64,000 nucleotides of DNA from Epithemia pelagica. Lineage: Eukaryota > Protista > Bacillariophyta. A program made the translations under genes and the position numbers. The stretch lies in NCBI GenBank assembly GCA_946965045.2, contig OX337230.1, positions 496,001-560,000 of the forward strand, in the 5' to 3' direction. A model generated the notes under the pieces. That model saw only the letters and a list, made by a program, of their open reading frames with translations. It made no database searches and was not told the DNA's origin. Of the stretch, positions 19,924-32,103 are shown in pieces (within the stretch, counting starts at the first letter, position 1; every line of letters begins with the position of its first letter).

Positions 19924-22900
19924 ATGGCGCGAGCAGAAGACTCGGCAAATGTTTCACCCGCTTCAGGTGCAGCACCGGCTAACACGGGAGACGATGAGGA
20001 CTATCAAGACGCCTCAGCGGAAGATCAGACTGGAACCGACAATCGGGAATCCGACTTTGGATTCCGAGCACTCGACGAAACGCTTCAGGGTCTTAATGAG
20101 AGAGGACAGAGAAGAACAAGCGATGAAAACAATTCGGATAAGAGGTCAAAGAGCAATGACTACCCGTTAGATACAGATACCCAATTCATGGTTGGGGGAC
20201 TGGCAGTTGAACTGGTGGAACCAGGTTCAAGGGGATATGGTGTCGCGGATCAAGGACCTCTATATCGGAAAGAGAACAGGGAGAAAATGTCCTCGGAGAA
20301 GAAGCAAGATCTCTTCAAGGAGGCCGTGAAGACATCGTAAACAAAATATATACTTTCACGAGTATGAGTTTGACCGATGAAAAGAAATTGGATGAGTGTT
20401 ACAACACTTCCATCATGATTTCCAAGACCAAGGACACGCATATGGTATACGATATGCATGACGTGTTCACAATTGTGTTCCCCAAGTCGAAGGGATCCCG
20501 GAGTATCGAGTCTCGTACTGTAGATCTATATTTAAATTATGAGGAAGTTACTCCCGATGAAGTTGCAGCAAGTTGTGAATGGTATCGCCGCTGGACCAAG
20601 AAGGATTGGTACCGGGAGAATTTGGTACTAACCTACAAGCATCTGGAAAATAACATGACTCAAAGTCTGTTTGAAAAATGCTACAAACAGTTTGAGACTT
20701 ACCCTACCATTCAACAAGGGGGTCCTCTGCTCTTCGTCATTATGATGAACATCCTGGCTTCAAGTTCGGAAGCCGCTATTGATCACTTGAAAGATTTGGT
20801 TAAGAATTTGAAGATTAATGAGTTTCAAGGTGAAAATGTTCTTCGTGTTGTAAGTTTGATCCGTGGTGCACACAAGCGCTTGAAATGGGTCAAGAAAGTT
20901 CCAGAGCGCTTTAATCAGCAAGTGCTAAAGGTCATGCAAACTTCATCCGTTGGCAAATTTAACTCTTACTTCCGCTATATCGAGCAAACTTACACAATGG
21001 CACGGGACATTGGTAAACTTCAAGGGGATCCTGATGACACTGGTGGTTTGGAAGTTGATGTTTTACTTCGCTTAGCCGAAACTAAGTATAATGAATTATG
21101 CAGCAGCAATGACTGGCACGGTTCTAAAACGAAGGGAAAGAACTCCGTGTTCAATGCCCAAGAAGATGCCAAGAAAGCTGCCAATACTGCCTCTTCGGGC
21201 AATGGCAAGCCCCGACCAATTTGTTGGAATTGTGGAAAGCCGGGACATACGGCACCGAAGTGCACGGAACCCCGAAACGAACAGAAGATTGCTGCGAACA
21301 AAGAGAAGTTTGGTTCTAAGAAGGCAGCCAATGGGACGAGTTCCTCAAATTCTGGAGCAGGTGGTGCATCCAGAAAGTGGGCGCCTCCAAAGTCGGACGA
21401 GCGAAATCGATGCGTGATTGATGGAAAACATATGTTCTTCAACCATCGCACGCACCGCTGGGTTCCGGATCGGACGCATTCTTCCAACCAAGACGCAAGT
21501 GCTCATGCCGCACGAGCCGACAACGCCAGCACGACCAGCACGCTCACTGGAGCGACTGGTACTGTGGCTGGTTCTACTGTCAATCGCGCTGAGCTCGATG
21601 CTGCAGTCGCAAACGTGGCACGCTCCGTCGATCAGTCGCTCCACAGTCTCGTGGAGCATTTCTCCTGATGGGGTGGCCGCTGGGTGGCGTCTTTGGACGG
21701 TCCATCTGGTGTAGGCCGACCCTATCATCGCTATGGTCCCAGGAGGGAAACCTGGGTGACCTCTATCTTCTCATCCTTACTCGACTGTGCGCTCATGAGG
21801 GGGATGGGGGACCTATTTTGGCTTTATCTGCCGTGGTTATTCCTACTGTATCTCGCCTTGTTCATAGGCCTTTGTTGTGCCATGAGCTTGGTCGAGCAAG
21901 ACTCCAAGTCCGGAGCCACAGCTGCTCATGCTGTGAGCACTCCACCAAGACCGCCGAAACCTTGTTTGAGACAATCGGTACGCTCCTATGGCCTCAAAAT
22001 GAAAGCAAGACGTCGGGTTCATCGTGTGATCTGGCGAAACAACCGTCCCTGTCTTTGGTACAACACGGACGACTGGGACAACTGGACCAACCCGAGAACG
22101 TCGTCTCCAGAGGGAGCGACAAACGACACGACGAAGATTCTTCGAGACCAAATCTTTGGTGGATTGTCGCTTTGGAGTTTGGCCCTGAAGGACGATTCCT
22201 TGCTACCACAAGTCGATCCAGTTCGTCAGTGGCAGACAATCAAATTGTTGAGTCATGGGGCGTGGCTTGGAGCTGACCTTACAAGACAAAAGACCCCTTG
22301 GAAACTGATGTTGCGACAAAGCATGGTTGCAGCAGCCAATTTTGGACAACTGAAAAGTTTTCAAGCCGTCACTGTCCCGTTGGACCAGGTTGATTGTTCT
22401 GGTTTGGCGAATTGTCACGTCGCATGACGGTGTACATGAGCCAACGAGAACAAGATTTGCTTCCCATTGTGATCGATTCCGGAGCGTCCAAATCGTTAAC
22501 GCCAAATCTCCAAGACTTCGTCGGACCAATTCAACCAGCCGAAATCTCATCGTTGAATGGATTGTCTGGAACGACAGCAGTCCGAGGTTTTGGCACGGTC
22601 CAATGGATGGTTAGAGACGTTATGGGGGTAGCTCGAACGATCAAGACGAAAGCATACTACGTACCAGAAGCCTCGATTCGCTTGTTCAGCCCGCAAACGT
22701 TCTTTCAAGAGCAGCAAGCTGAAAAACTGGTACTCGACCACAAGAAAACGCAGTTGCAAGTCCCGGATGGGACATGGTTAGAATTTCCATATAACGCCGG
22801 TAGTAATCTTCCCTTTATGCTCACAGGGAATGTGAATCAAATGGGACCTACCTTCGAAGATGCAACGATGCTGGGTGATGGATATTCCGTCAAGTCGGCC

Positions 22901-25900
22901 TTGTCCACGGCAAATCACAGTAGATTGATGAATGTGGCCGACGAGACTAACCAGAACTTAACGGCATCGCAAAGGGAGCTCTTGCTGTGGCACTGGAAGC
23001 TTGGCCATGCCAACATGCAATGGATTCAGACGCTCTGTCGAGATCCAAAAGCAAACAGTCGATGGTTAGTGCTGGAGACAAAAGAAGCAAAGACAACAAG
23101 TTGCGTCATACCTTTATGCGCAGCTTGTATGCTCGGGAAGCAACATCGTCGGACGCCTCATTCGAATCACGGTGGATTGGTGGATGGGAAAGACAGTATG
23201 CTCAAGAGGGAGCACCTTCAACCAGGAGATTGTGTTTCGATTGATCAATACGAATCAACGATTCGTGGCCGTCTTCCGCACACGTATGGAAAAGAGAGGA
23301 CCGAAGAACAGTATCGAGGGGGAACTCTGTTTGTCGACCATGCCTCTGGCATGATCTTCTTGGCGAACCAAGTGTCCCTTCGAGTTGGTGAGACGATCAG
23401 CTCAAAGAAGAAGTTTGAGCGGTTCGCGGAGGAATACGGTGTCAAGATACGAGAGTACCGCGCCGATAATGCGCCGTTTGGCCGAGAAGAATTTTTGAAC
23501 CACGTACACGGAAGTGGTCAACGTATCAGCTTCTCAGGCGTTGGGGCACATCACCAGAATGGAGTCGCGGAAAGGGCAGTAAAGACCACGATGTCTTGGG
23601 CCCGTACTATGTTACTACACGCGACCATTCACTGGCCTGAGCAAATGCATTTGCATCTTTGGCTCTTTGCTGTTGAGCACGCCGTCTGGCTCTGGAACCA
23701 CCTTCCGAATCGCCGGACGAACATCGCTCCCCTCGAAATCTTCTCTGGCATCACATTCTCCGATTTTCACCACCTTCAGCGGAGTCATGTATGGGGATGT
23801 CCTGTGTATGTCCTGGATCCCAAGAAGTTGCCTAAATGGCAAGCCAAGGCACGACGTGGTCAGTTTCTTGGGATTTCGCCCGACCATTCTACTACTGTTG
23901 GTCGTATACTCAATCTTCGCTCGGGATTCATCAGCTCACAGTATCATGTGGTCTACGATGATTTATTCTCTACGGTCCCTAATGCCGATTCTGGCGGGCT
24001 CTTAGATGAGCCAAATTTGAACGGTGACTTTTGGCAACGCCTGCTAGCGGCGGGCACTGAATCTAACCTGCCTGACGAAGATGATGATGATGGTAATTTG
24101 GAGCTTGGCGACGAGTGGATGACCGATTCTGAGATTGCGGAACGGCATGCCCGACGTCAGTCACGTCCTCCTCGTCCATTGCCCACTCCACCTTTACCCA
24201 TTGTTCCTGTTCCAACGTCTGTTGACGGGGGGAGAGGCCGAGCTACAAGGAACCATGTTCGATTCCAACCTCCACTGGAACAGCCAACAGAGCAAGGGCA
24301 AGGACCAGAACCACCTGCAGAACCCGGTGAATTGTCAAGTCAAGATCAAACAGGTGGATTGTTACCTCCAGATGGAGCTCCAAATAGTGAATTGTTGCCT
24401 CCAGAGGGAGAAGCCGACGAGGAAGAACATGAGATCGTTTTTGAAGACGACTCAGACGATGACAGCACGACAAGACAAGAAGAGATTGAACGCCGTAATA
24501 GGCATTTTGCCGAACCCGATCCAGAATCACATGGGAGAGGCAAAAGAGAACGTCGTCCCAATCGTCACTTGTTCGATGAGCGATTGTGGGCATCGACTGC
24601 TTACTTTCCTCGAGGGTCAACAAGGCCAAAGCAAAAAGTGAGACGAGAACTGTTGAATGCACAGTTCCTCCAATCTCTTACCTGGGACACTCTGACCAGC
24701 GCAATCGCGTCGAAATCCAAAGACCTATTGGCAATGGACCTGTGGCTGGATCGTCATACAGATCCGGACACACGCTGGATTGAAGAGATGCATCCTATGG
24801 CATTGGCAACCAAGGCCGATGCTGCAGACAATTTCTCATGGGAACAAGCCATGAACGGTCCTGACAAAGACGGGTACTGGGAGGCTTGCAAGAAAGAATA
24901 GAACACGCTTCATGAGAAGATGAAAGCATGGGAAGTCGTGGCAAGAGAGACATGGATGAATGTCTTACCTGGCACGTGGGCGTTCAAGTGCAAACGGTAT
25001 CCCGATGGATCCGTACGCAAATTGAAAGCACGGTTTTGTGCACGGGGGGACAAACAAGTCGAAGGAGTCGATTTCTTTGACACGTTTGCACCCGTTGGGA
25101 ATTGGACGACTGTGCGCCTAATGATGATTCTTTCCATCATTTTGAATCTGTCCACGGTACAAGTTGATTACACGGCAGCATTTGTACATGCGCCGATTGA
25201 CAAGGATCCCAATTGGGACAAGATGACAGAAGAAGAACAAAAGAAAAGTGGCGTGTATGTTGAGATGCCGAGAGGGTTTGCGCAACCAGGGAAAGTCTTG
25301 AAACTTACTCGATCGTTGTATGGCCTAAAGCAGGCACCACGCAACTTCTTCCTTCATCTGAAAAGCAAATTGGAACAAGTCGGACTCAAATCGCAGGAAC
25401 ACATTGACCCGTGTCTGTTCATGTCCGACAAAATAATCGTGCTGGTCTATGTGGACGACACATTGATTTACAGCCCCAAACGCGAGTGGATTGATGAGTT
25501 TCTTGGGAAACTCCAGAATCAACAGAACGTGACACTCGAGATCGAAGACAGTGTAGCCGGATTTCTCGGCGTACACATTGAACGCAACAATAGTGATGGC
25601 ACTATCACGTTGACGCAGAAAGGCCTGATCAAGCGAATTGTAGAGGCGCTCCACATTGGAGACAAACCCATGAAACGGACACCAGCATCGAAGGATCCTC
25701 TGGTGGCAAACAAAAATGGGACTCCAGCACAGTGCAAATTCAGCTATCCAAGTGTCATTGGAATGCTGCAATACTTGCAAGCACATTCAAGACCCGACAT
25801 CACATATGCCGTCAGTCAATGTGCACGATACACCCATGATCCTAAGACAACACACGAAGAAGCGTTAGAGAGGATCGGGCAATACTTGAAAGGGACAATG

Positions 25901-26457
25901 GAGAAAGGGCTCATTCTCCGTCCAACTTACGACAATCTCAACGTTGATTGTTACGTCGATGCAGACTTTGCGGGTCTGTGGCCACATGAGGATAAGATGG
26001 ATCCGTCATGTGTCAAGAGCCGAACTGGGTTTGCCATCTGCATCGCAAACTGTCCAGTGATTTGGCAAAGTAAGTTGCAGTCGGATATTGCAACGTCAAC
26101 AATGGAGGCGGAATACACAGCGCTCAGTGTGGCGATGAAATCTGTGTTGCCTCTTCTGGAACTTCTGAAAACTGTGGCACGAGGTGTCGGCATGACAGAA
26201 GATCAGAGCACGAAGTTCAAGACCACAGTGTGGGAAGATAACAATGGTGCCCTGACGCTCGCGAAATGGAGCCGGGCAGGTTCACACCAAGATCAAAGTT
26301 CTATGCGATTCGAATGCACTGGTTTCGATCGCACTTAAAGCCGAATCGAGTCACGGTTGAAAAGATCGAGACATCGAAACAACGTGCAGACATCTTGACA
26401 AAGGGTCTGACGAAAGATACATTTGAAACAATTCGGAAGCTACTGTGTGGATGGTAG
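19924..26457 (+). pseudogene. gag-pol of element 2 with five interruptions
   Basis: CCHC knuckle CWNCGKPGHTAPKC; PR IVIDSGAS; HHCC and DDE integrase; RT YVDD; RNase H YVDADFAG. Frameshifts near 20337, ~22400 and ~26266; in-frame TGA at 21666 and TAG at 24899. Confidence 0.93.
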
Positions 26458-26482
26458 CCGAGATATTGCGCTTGAGAGGGAG

Positions 26483-26719
26483 TGCGAGTATAGCTGGGGT
26501 AGCAAGCTTATACCCGGCAACAAGACTCATCAATCACGAATGATGAGCGACGTAGATGTGAACGAATGGATGGAATGACTCATCCAAAAGATATTGAAGA
26601 AAAGATCCAAGTGAATTTAGTGAGAATTTAGGACTAACATAATAGTGATTATCAGAATAAGTATCCTTTTACGGATTGCTCAATGGGAAAGAGACCGCCG
26701 TTCTTTTCCACTACTCGCA
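26483..26719 (+). repeat. 3' LTR of element 2
   Basis: Identical to 19585-19821; followed by TSD GAACA. Confidence 0.96.
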
Positions 26720-27238
26720 GAACACTTGTACTGCAGTAGTCTTCGCGCCTGTATGCCATCATACACAGACAATGCTTGGAGCCCGTGCCGTGTCATGTAC
26801 CGGCAAGCGATTTTCCGGCGACTTGTGCAAGCCAAACGGACTTCGAAAGCTTCTTTTCAAACTCGGAAACGCTTTGCCCTGCTTATAAGGGTTGTAGGTT
26901 GACTTCTTGTTTGCATGCCAAGGAGCACGATTTCTTCACAAAAGAAGTTGTATCCGTTAAACTCGCGTGCGATGCCGAGATGAAAAAGAAACCGTTTCCT
27001 TAAATTTCTCTAAAGTAACACGCAGGCGGACGCGTGCACATCAAATTCCAATCCGAAAACATACCGATATTCGAAACTTGGCACGACCAAACCGCCGAGG
27101 TCACCCACAACAGGCACAGTCGAACGGACAGACAGACCGAGCCATTGCATTTGGCATCTTCAATCTCGATGCAAACATCGGAAGGCCAGAAAATAATCGC
27201 CGGGGGAAAGCGGGAAGTCTTCTCGTCCTAACGAATAC

Positions 27239-28261
27239 ATGGAAGCAAACCCACTCAGCGTGACGAATTCTATCCAAGATGCCGCCGAACAAGTTCTATC
27301 ACATTCTTTTGCCGTGTATCGAGTCGAGGAGGCCACTGCCATCAAAATCAGAGCCGCTCACCGAGCTGCCGTAGGATTTTTCAATGGTACAACAGGAAAA
27401 GGGCCGGATGCCGTGCTAAGTGATATAAAACACATTCGCAGCAAACCAGCGAATCTTATTGAAGATTATCAATGCGTCAAGGACGGAAACTTGTACGGGT
27501 ATAATCTACCCCTTCCAAGCAAAGAACTCTTTCGGACATGGTATGACTGCAATGCCCAAGAGAAAGGCGATGAAGAGCAGCAGCTAAAATACTTTATAGG
27601 CCAACAGCTCTGGCCATCAGACGATTTCTGTGAAGCCTCTTTTCATCTCGCAAAGGATCTTCATCGGTTGTTGTCGGAATGTCTTGGGCAAATACAGTCT
27701 CTACAAAGGAACAACAGGTTTTGTGCTGTTGGAGTCGGTGAGGAAGAAGCCGGTGAAAGCATCGTTTCATCCTATTTGGGTTCCGTCGATGATCATAAAA
27801 GACAACGAACTCCCATTGATTCACCGCCGCCAAAACGTTTGCGTTCGAAACTGGGTGCCATTCCAGTGTATGATGGGAATGGCAGAGGCGAAGAGAAGAA
27901 CAGATCGACGAGGCCATTCTTTCATCCAAGCAAGTGCCCTCTAGACTATTTTTTCTACCACAACAGACTTCCGAACCTAATCAATTGCAGTGAGCATGTC
28001 GATCGAGGGGCTCTCGTGGTTGTTTGTCTCACCAGTGTTCCAGGGCTGGAGGTTTTGTCGCCCTCGACATCATCTTTTTATTGCCCGGAAGCTTTGGTGC
28101 ACAATGAAAATTTGTACCGAGAACGAACTGAAAATGATTGCTGTCCTAATTTAGCATGCATCATGGCTGGGGATCAATTGAGTTGACTTTTGCCCGCTTC
28201 GAACCCTCCAAGTGCCTGCGTCCACCGAGTCCGAAATCCATTGCGGCGGGAGGAAAGGATG
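27239..28261 (+). pseudogene. 2-oxoglutarate/Fe(II) oxygenase (IPNS-like) with an in-frame TGA and an apparently replaced C-terminus
   Basis: HxD motif EHVDRG; after TGA 28184-28186 the same frame continues to CVHRV (distal His) and R.EERM. Confidence 0.7.
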
Positions 28262-29251
28262 CAGCAAAAGATGATGGGAATTGCACATCATGGGGAGAAA
28301 TACAATGATAATTTGTCCCATGAAAAATACACAACAAATCAAAGAAAAATCTCACCAAAATCTCCGACGTCTGGAATGATTTCTGATGTCGCTCGATTAC
28401 ATACAAGCAATCAGTCGTTGCTAGATGAAGATTCTGATTCCGAAAGAAACAATAATGGTCTTAAACAAGTTACCGAAACAGCTTCTGGAGCTAAGAGCTG
28501 CACGAATGAATATCTTGAGCACTTTGAGGAAAGGATGCAGCAAAAGATGATGGGAATTGCGCATTATGGTGAGAAAAACTATGATGCAACAAATTCTTCG
28601 ACAGATAATGATAAAAATCAGAAGACTTCTTTGACTTATTCCTGTGATCACGGGACGTTGAACCACGACCCCACCAACTGTCTCAATCGTTCATTGATAT
28701 TGGAATCTACTACTACAACATTGCCAGCATCTCCACCAAATATAACAACGTTAGAAAAACTACATCAAACGCCAATGGCTATAGCTGGTCAACGCAACAA
28801 TTGTCCTCCTACACCGATGCTTCCCGGAGCATATAGGCTCGGTGGAGGAGGACTCAACGAACCTGATATTGAAGACTCTCGTCGTGAAAGCGATGATGCA
28901 ACAGTCATTCCTGTCAATGAGTACTACGCTTGAGCAAAGAATAATAGTAGCTTTGGACAGGATGAGGCAATTACTGCACATGTTGTCGACGAAAAAGCGG
29001 AGCAGGAGAGAGAAAAACAAATGCATGATGCTCTTAAAGAACTGGAAGAGCTTCACCATCATGAAATGGAGCTAGAAAATCAAGTGAAAGAGCTTCAAGA
29101 GTTCCAGAAGCAGATGCAAAAGAACACCAAAACCTGCGGATGTGAAAGGGCTGCTCTTATTGGTCTTGCAATGTGCGCATGTTTTTTGTTTGGATCTGTG
29201 CTTATTTTTCTGCTGTGTTCTAAATATTACTATCCTCAAAAACAAACATGA
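28250..29251 (+). pseudogene. Low-complexity, coiled-coil, C-terminally membrane-anchored protein with an in-frame TGA (28931-28933)
   Basis: Repeated EERMQQKMMGIAH.GEK (28250 and ~28527); PGAYRLGG; the frame continues after TGA into a coiled coil and the hydrophobic segment AALIGLAMCACFLFGSVLIFLLC. Confidence 0.55.
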
Positions 29252-29535
29252 TTCCGTCTCATTCATCCCATCAAAGGATATCCCCGACCCATTATCCTCC
29301 TTCATGTGACATATGTCAAGGTACTTCAAAATCCTGACCAAGTGTTTGAAAGTCAATAAACCGATCAGATTGAAACAAAAGTACATACTGTATGTACATC
29401 AGCAATGATATAGAACCTTTAAAAAAAAAAGAACTTTGATAGGCAAAAACACAAGAGGAAACATAACTAAAATAGCTTGTGTCTTTTTCTTGGAAAGACA
29501 ACAATTGTTTATTATTATCATTACTAATATTATTA

Positions 29536-30182
29536 TCACCAAACAATATCCAATTTTTCTAAAAATTGATCACCACCAGCAATTAATAAGATCTCATTCT
29601 CCTTCTTCTTTTCATTATCATCATCATCACCATTATCCATAGAAGAAGTAGGGTTCTTCTGCTGTAATTGTAAAGCAATTAATTGTCTCCAATCACTATA
29701 TGAGTTCAATTGTGGTAAAAATGACCATTGACGACTTTGAGAATTATATACTTCGCATATAGATTTAATTCCCATACCACCAGCAACAATCATATGATAT
29801 GTATTCATTGAATGACCAATCGTAGCCGAACCAAAGTAATGACGTGCTATATTCATATTCGGTATTGTCTTCCACTGTAATGTTGCCATATCCAATATAT
29901 CAACAGTATTCAATGGTCCGGATGTATGATACCCACCAGCTGCTATGATACGTGCATCACCAACAATACTTACAGATAGACAATCACGTGGTGTTGGCAT
30001 AGATGGTAAATCTGTCCATTGGTTGTTGATCGTGTCAAACATTTCAATTGTTGATAGATTCCCTTGATTTGGATTATAACCACCTAATACGACAACTTTT
30101 TTTTATAAACAACTGCAGCAAATTGATATCTTCCCTCTGACATCGGGGGTAAAGACCGCGACTTGAAAAGCTGCCAACTACT
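29536..30182 (-). pseudogene. Kelch-repeat protein, 3' exon(s); apparent 1-nt frameshift in an A8 run near 30100
   Basis: Three or more Kelch repeats (VVLGGY..E.FD...QW, IIAAGGY..D..T.QW, IVAGG..EVYN...QW); upstream exons not identified. Confidence 0.75.
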
Positions 30183-31550
30183 CTGTCTTAATTTTTGTTT
30201 TGATTTGTCCCCCTTGGATTTCATCGTATCCGAATGCTAAACAACAACAACAACAAGAACAACAAGAACGAATCGGCACCGTGTTTCTTGTGGTGGTGGT
30301 GGTGTATCGGAGTGCCATGACGTTGGTGTGTTCCCGTCGCGGTCGTTTTTCGAATGTGGGGGGACCGGATCCAAGGGGTTGTGTGTGTGTGTGTGTGTAT
30401 GGACCACACATACACATGTGTATATATGTGGTGGTGGTGAGGATGATTTCACCGCAGCCACAGAATGACACACAATGGTGTGTGAATTCGCATGGTACTT
30501 GGAGTGGTGCATGTGGTGGTACGTACCGAGTTTTTGTAGGGGTGTCGAGCTCTTCTGTGGTCATGTGGTACAAGGCACCAAACCGTTGCGCATTGTACCA
30601 CAGGACAACAAAAGAGCTTGACACCAATGTACGAAACTCATATGAAACCAGGACTGCGGCAGCAAATCCAAAAAACGCTTCCATATATCTCTACAGCGAG
30701 ACCACAAGAGGGACATGTTTCTTCCAACTGTTGAGTGTGTCTGCCGAAAAGAAACCGCGTTGGTGGAGTGTCGTCGTTGCCATTCCAGAACCATGGAGTG
30801 AACCACCAAAAAAGGCACATGGAGACAATGAAAACATGATACCAAACAGGGAGAGAGAGGGAACAGGATGCCCCACAGGAACCTCTGTAAGATATTATGT
30901 GTCTCTTGTATCGCTTATGGCTTGGCGCAGTCATGTTTTGAATTCAAAGATCTTTGAAAACAAATATGAGAATCAACGAAACATGACTGCGGCAAGTTAT
31001 GAATTTTTCAACAGACACATCTTACAAACGTTCTTCTACAAGCCTTTGGAGACGAACAGAGTTTTTGGATGGGTGTCGGGCTCTTCTGCGGTCATGTGGT
31101 ACAAGGCACCAAACCGTTGCGCATTGTACCACAGGACAACAAAAGAGCTTGACACCAATGTACGAAACTCATATGAAACCAGGACTGCGGCAGCAAATCC
31201 AAAAAACGCTTCCACAGGTCTCTACAACGAGACCAAGAGGGACACGTTTCTTCCAACTGTTGGTGTGTCTGCCGAAAAGAAACCGCGTTGGTGGAGTGTC
31301 GTCGTTGCCATTCCAGAACCATGGAGCGAACCACCAAAAAAGGCACATGGAGACAATGAAAACATGATACCAAACAGGGAGAGAGAGGGAACAGGATGCC
31401 CCACAGGAACCTCTGTAAGATATTATGTGTCTCTTGTATCGCTCATGGCTTGTCGCAGTCATGTTTTGATGAAACCATGATTGCTCCAAATCATGAGCGC
31501 TTCAAGAGATGCTTCTACAAACAAAGACGAACACTTTTATTCGAACCGTG

Positions 31551-31929
31551 AGTCGCGGTTAATCAGTGTGACGGACAGGCGATATGGCAGTCACGATTCG
31601 AATCTGTGAGACATAGAATCGTGTCCCCACTATGTATCCAAGAGCAATGCCTTACTACCAGAGAAGGCATTGCCCGTCGCATAGTAACCAAGCTCTAGCC
31701 ATTGGCATCAATGGTTCCAAACTAACCTCCATGAGTAAATGAGGAATTGATTCCTCGTGAGGAATCAAATGAGGAATCGAATGTAGTTCCTAAACCTAGA
31801 GCTTATAGTATCAACAAACAGAAAGTTGTGAAACAACTTCTCTAGTGTATTGTCGTGGAGACTTGATCACCTCCACGCCAATATAGGTACTACCCCTAGC
31901 TACTACAGAGTATCTTGTGTACTTTGACT
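31551..31929 (+). repeat. 5' LTR of element 3
   Basis: Direct repeat of 40236-40621; followed by the PBS-like GGTTATTACGCCC. Confidence 0.93.
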
Positions 31930-32103
31930 GGTTATTACGCCCTTTACTGCCTTACCCGCTCACGCATCCTTTGCCTCTAAGCTCTTGCTTACCCGTTCGA
32001 ACCCTCTCGCCGCCTGAATCTCCCCTCCGGCCGCCCCCTCCCTTGCAAGCTGTCGTCCTCCCCACGTGAAGACGACTCTCCCCGTTCCCTAGGAAGCTTC
32101 ACC

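Larger units (their letters stand above)
19585..26719 (+). mobile_element. Ty1/copia LTR retrotransposon, element 2 (7135 bp)
   Basis: Identical 237-bp LTRs at 19585-19821 and 26483-26719 (TGCGAGTA..TACTCGCA); TSD GAACA; PBS GGTTATGAGCCCA; PPT GAGAGGGAG. Confidence 0.97.

Noticed and set aside
20337-26270. Programmed -1 frameshifts in element 2
   Set aside because: No X XXY YYZ slippery heptamer was seen at the sites; the shifts fall inside gag and RNase H, where programmed shifts make no sense; single-base loss is the simpler explanation.
10450-28933. Genome-wide reassignment of TGA (Trp/Sec) to explain in-frame TGAs
   Set aside because: Intact genes here (e.g. RRP15 and 49636-51546) end in TGA, and TAA/TAG interruptions also occur.
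30200-31480. 426-aa ORF across the repeat array
   Set aside because: It is built from microsatellite and duplicated non-coding units, with no motif and no plausible gene structure.
31549-31550. Reading the TG before AGTC as a canonical LTR start for element 3
   Set aside because: That TG belongs to the CCGTG target duplication; the 3' LTR has AG of the PPT there, and neither LTR ends in CA.
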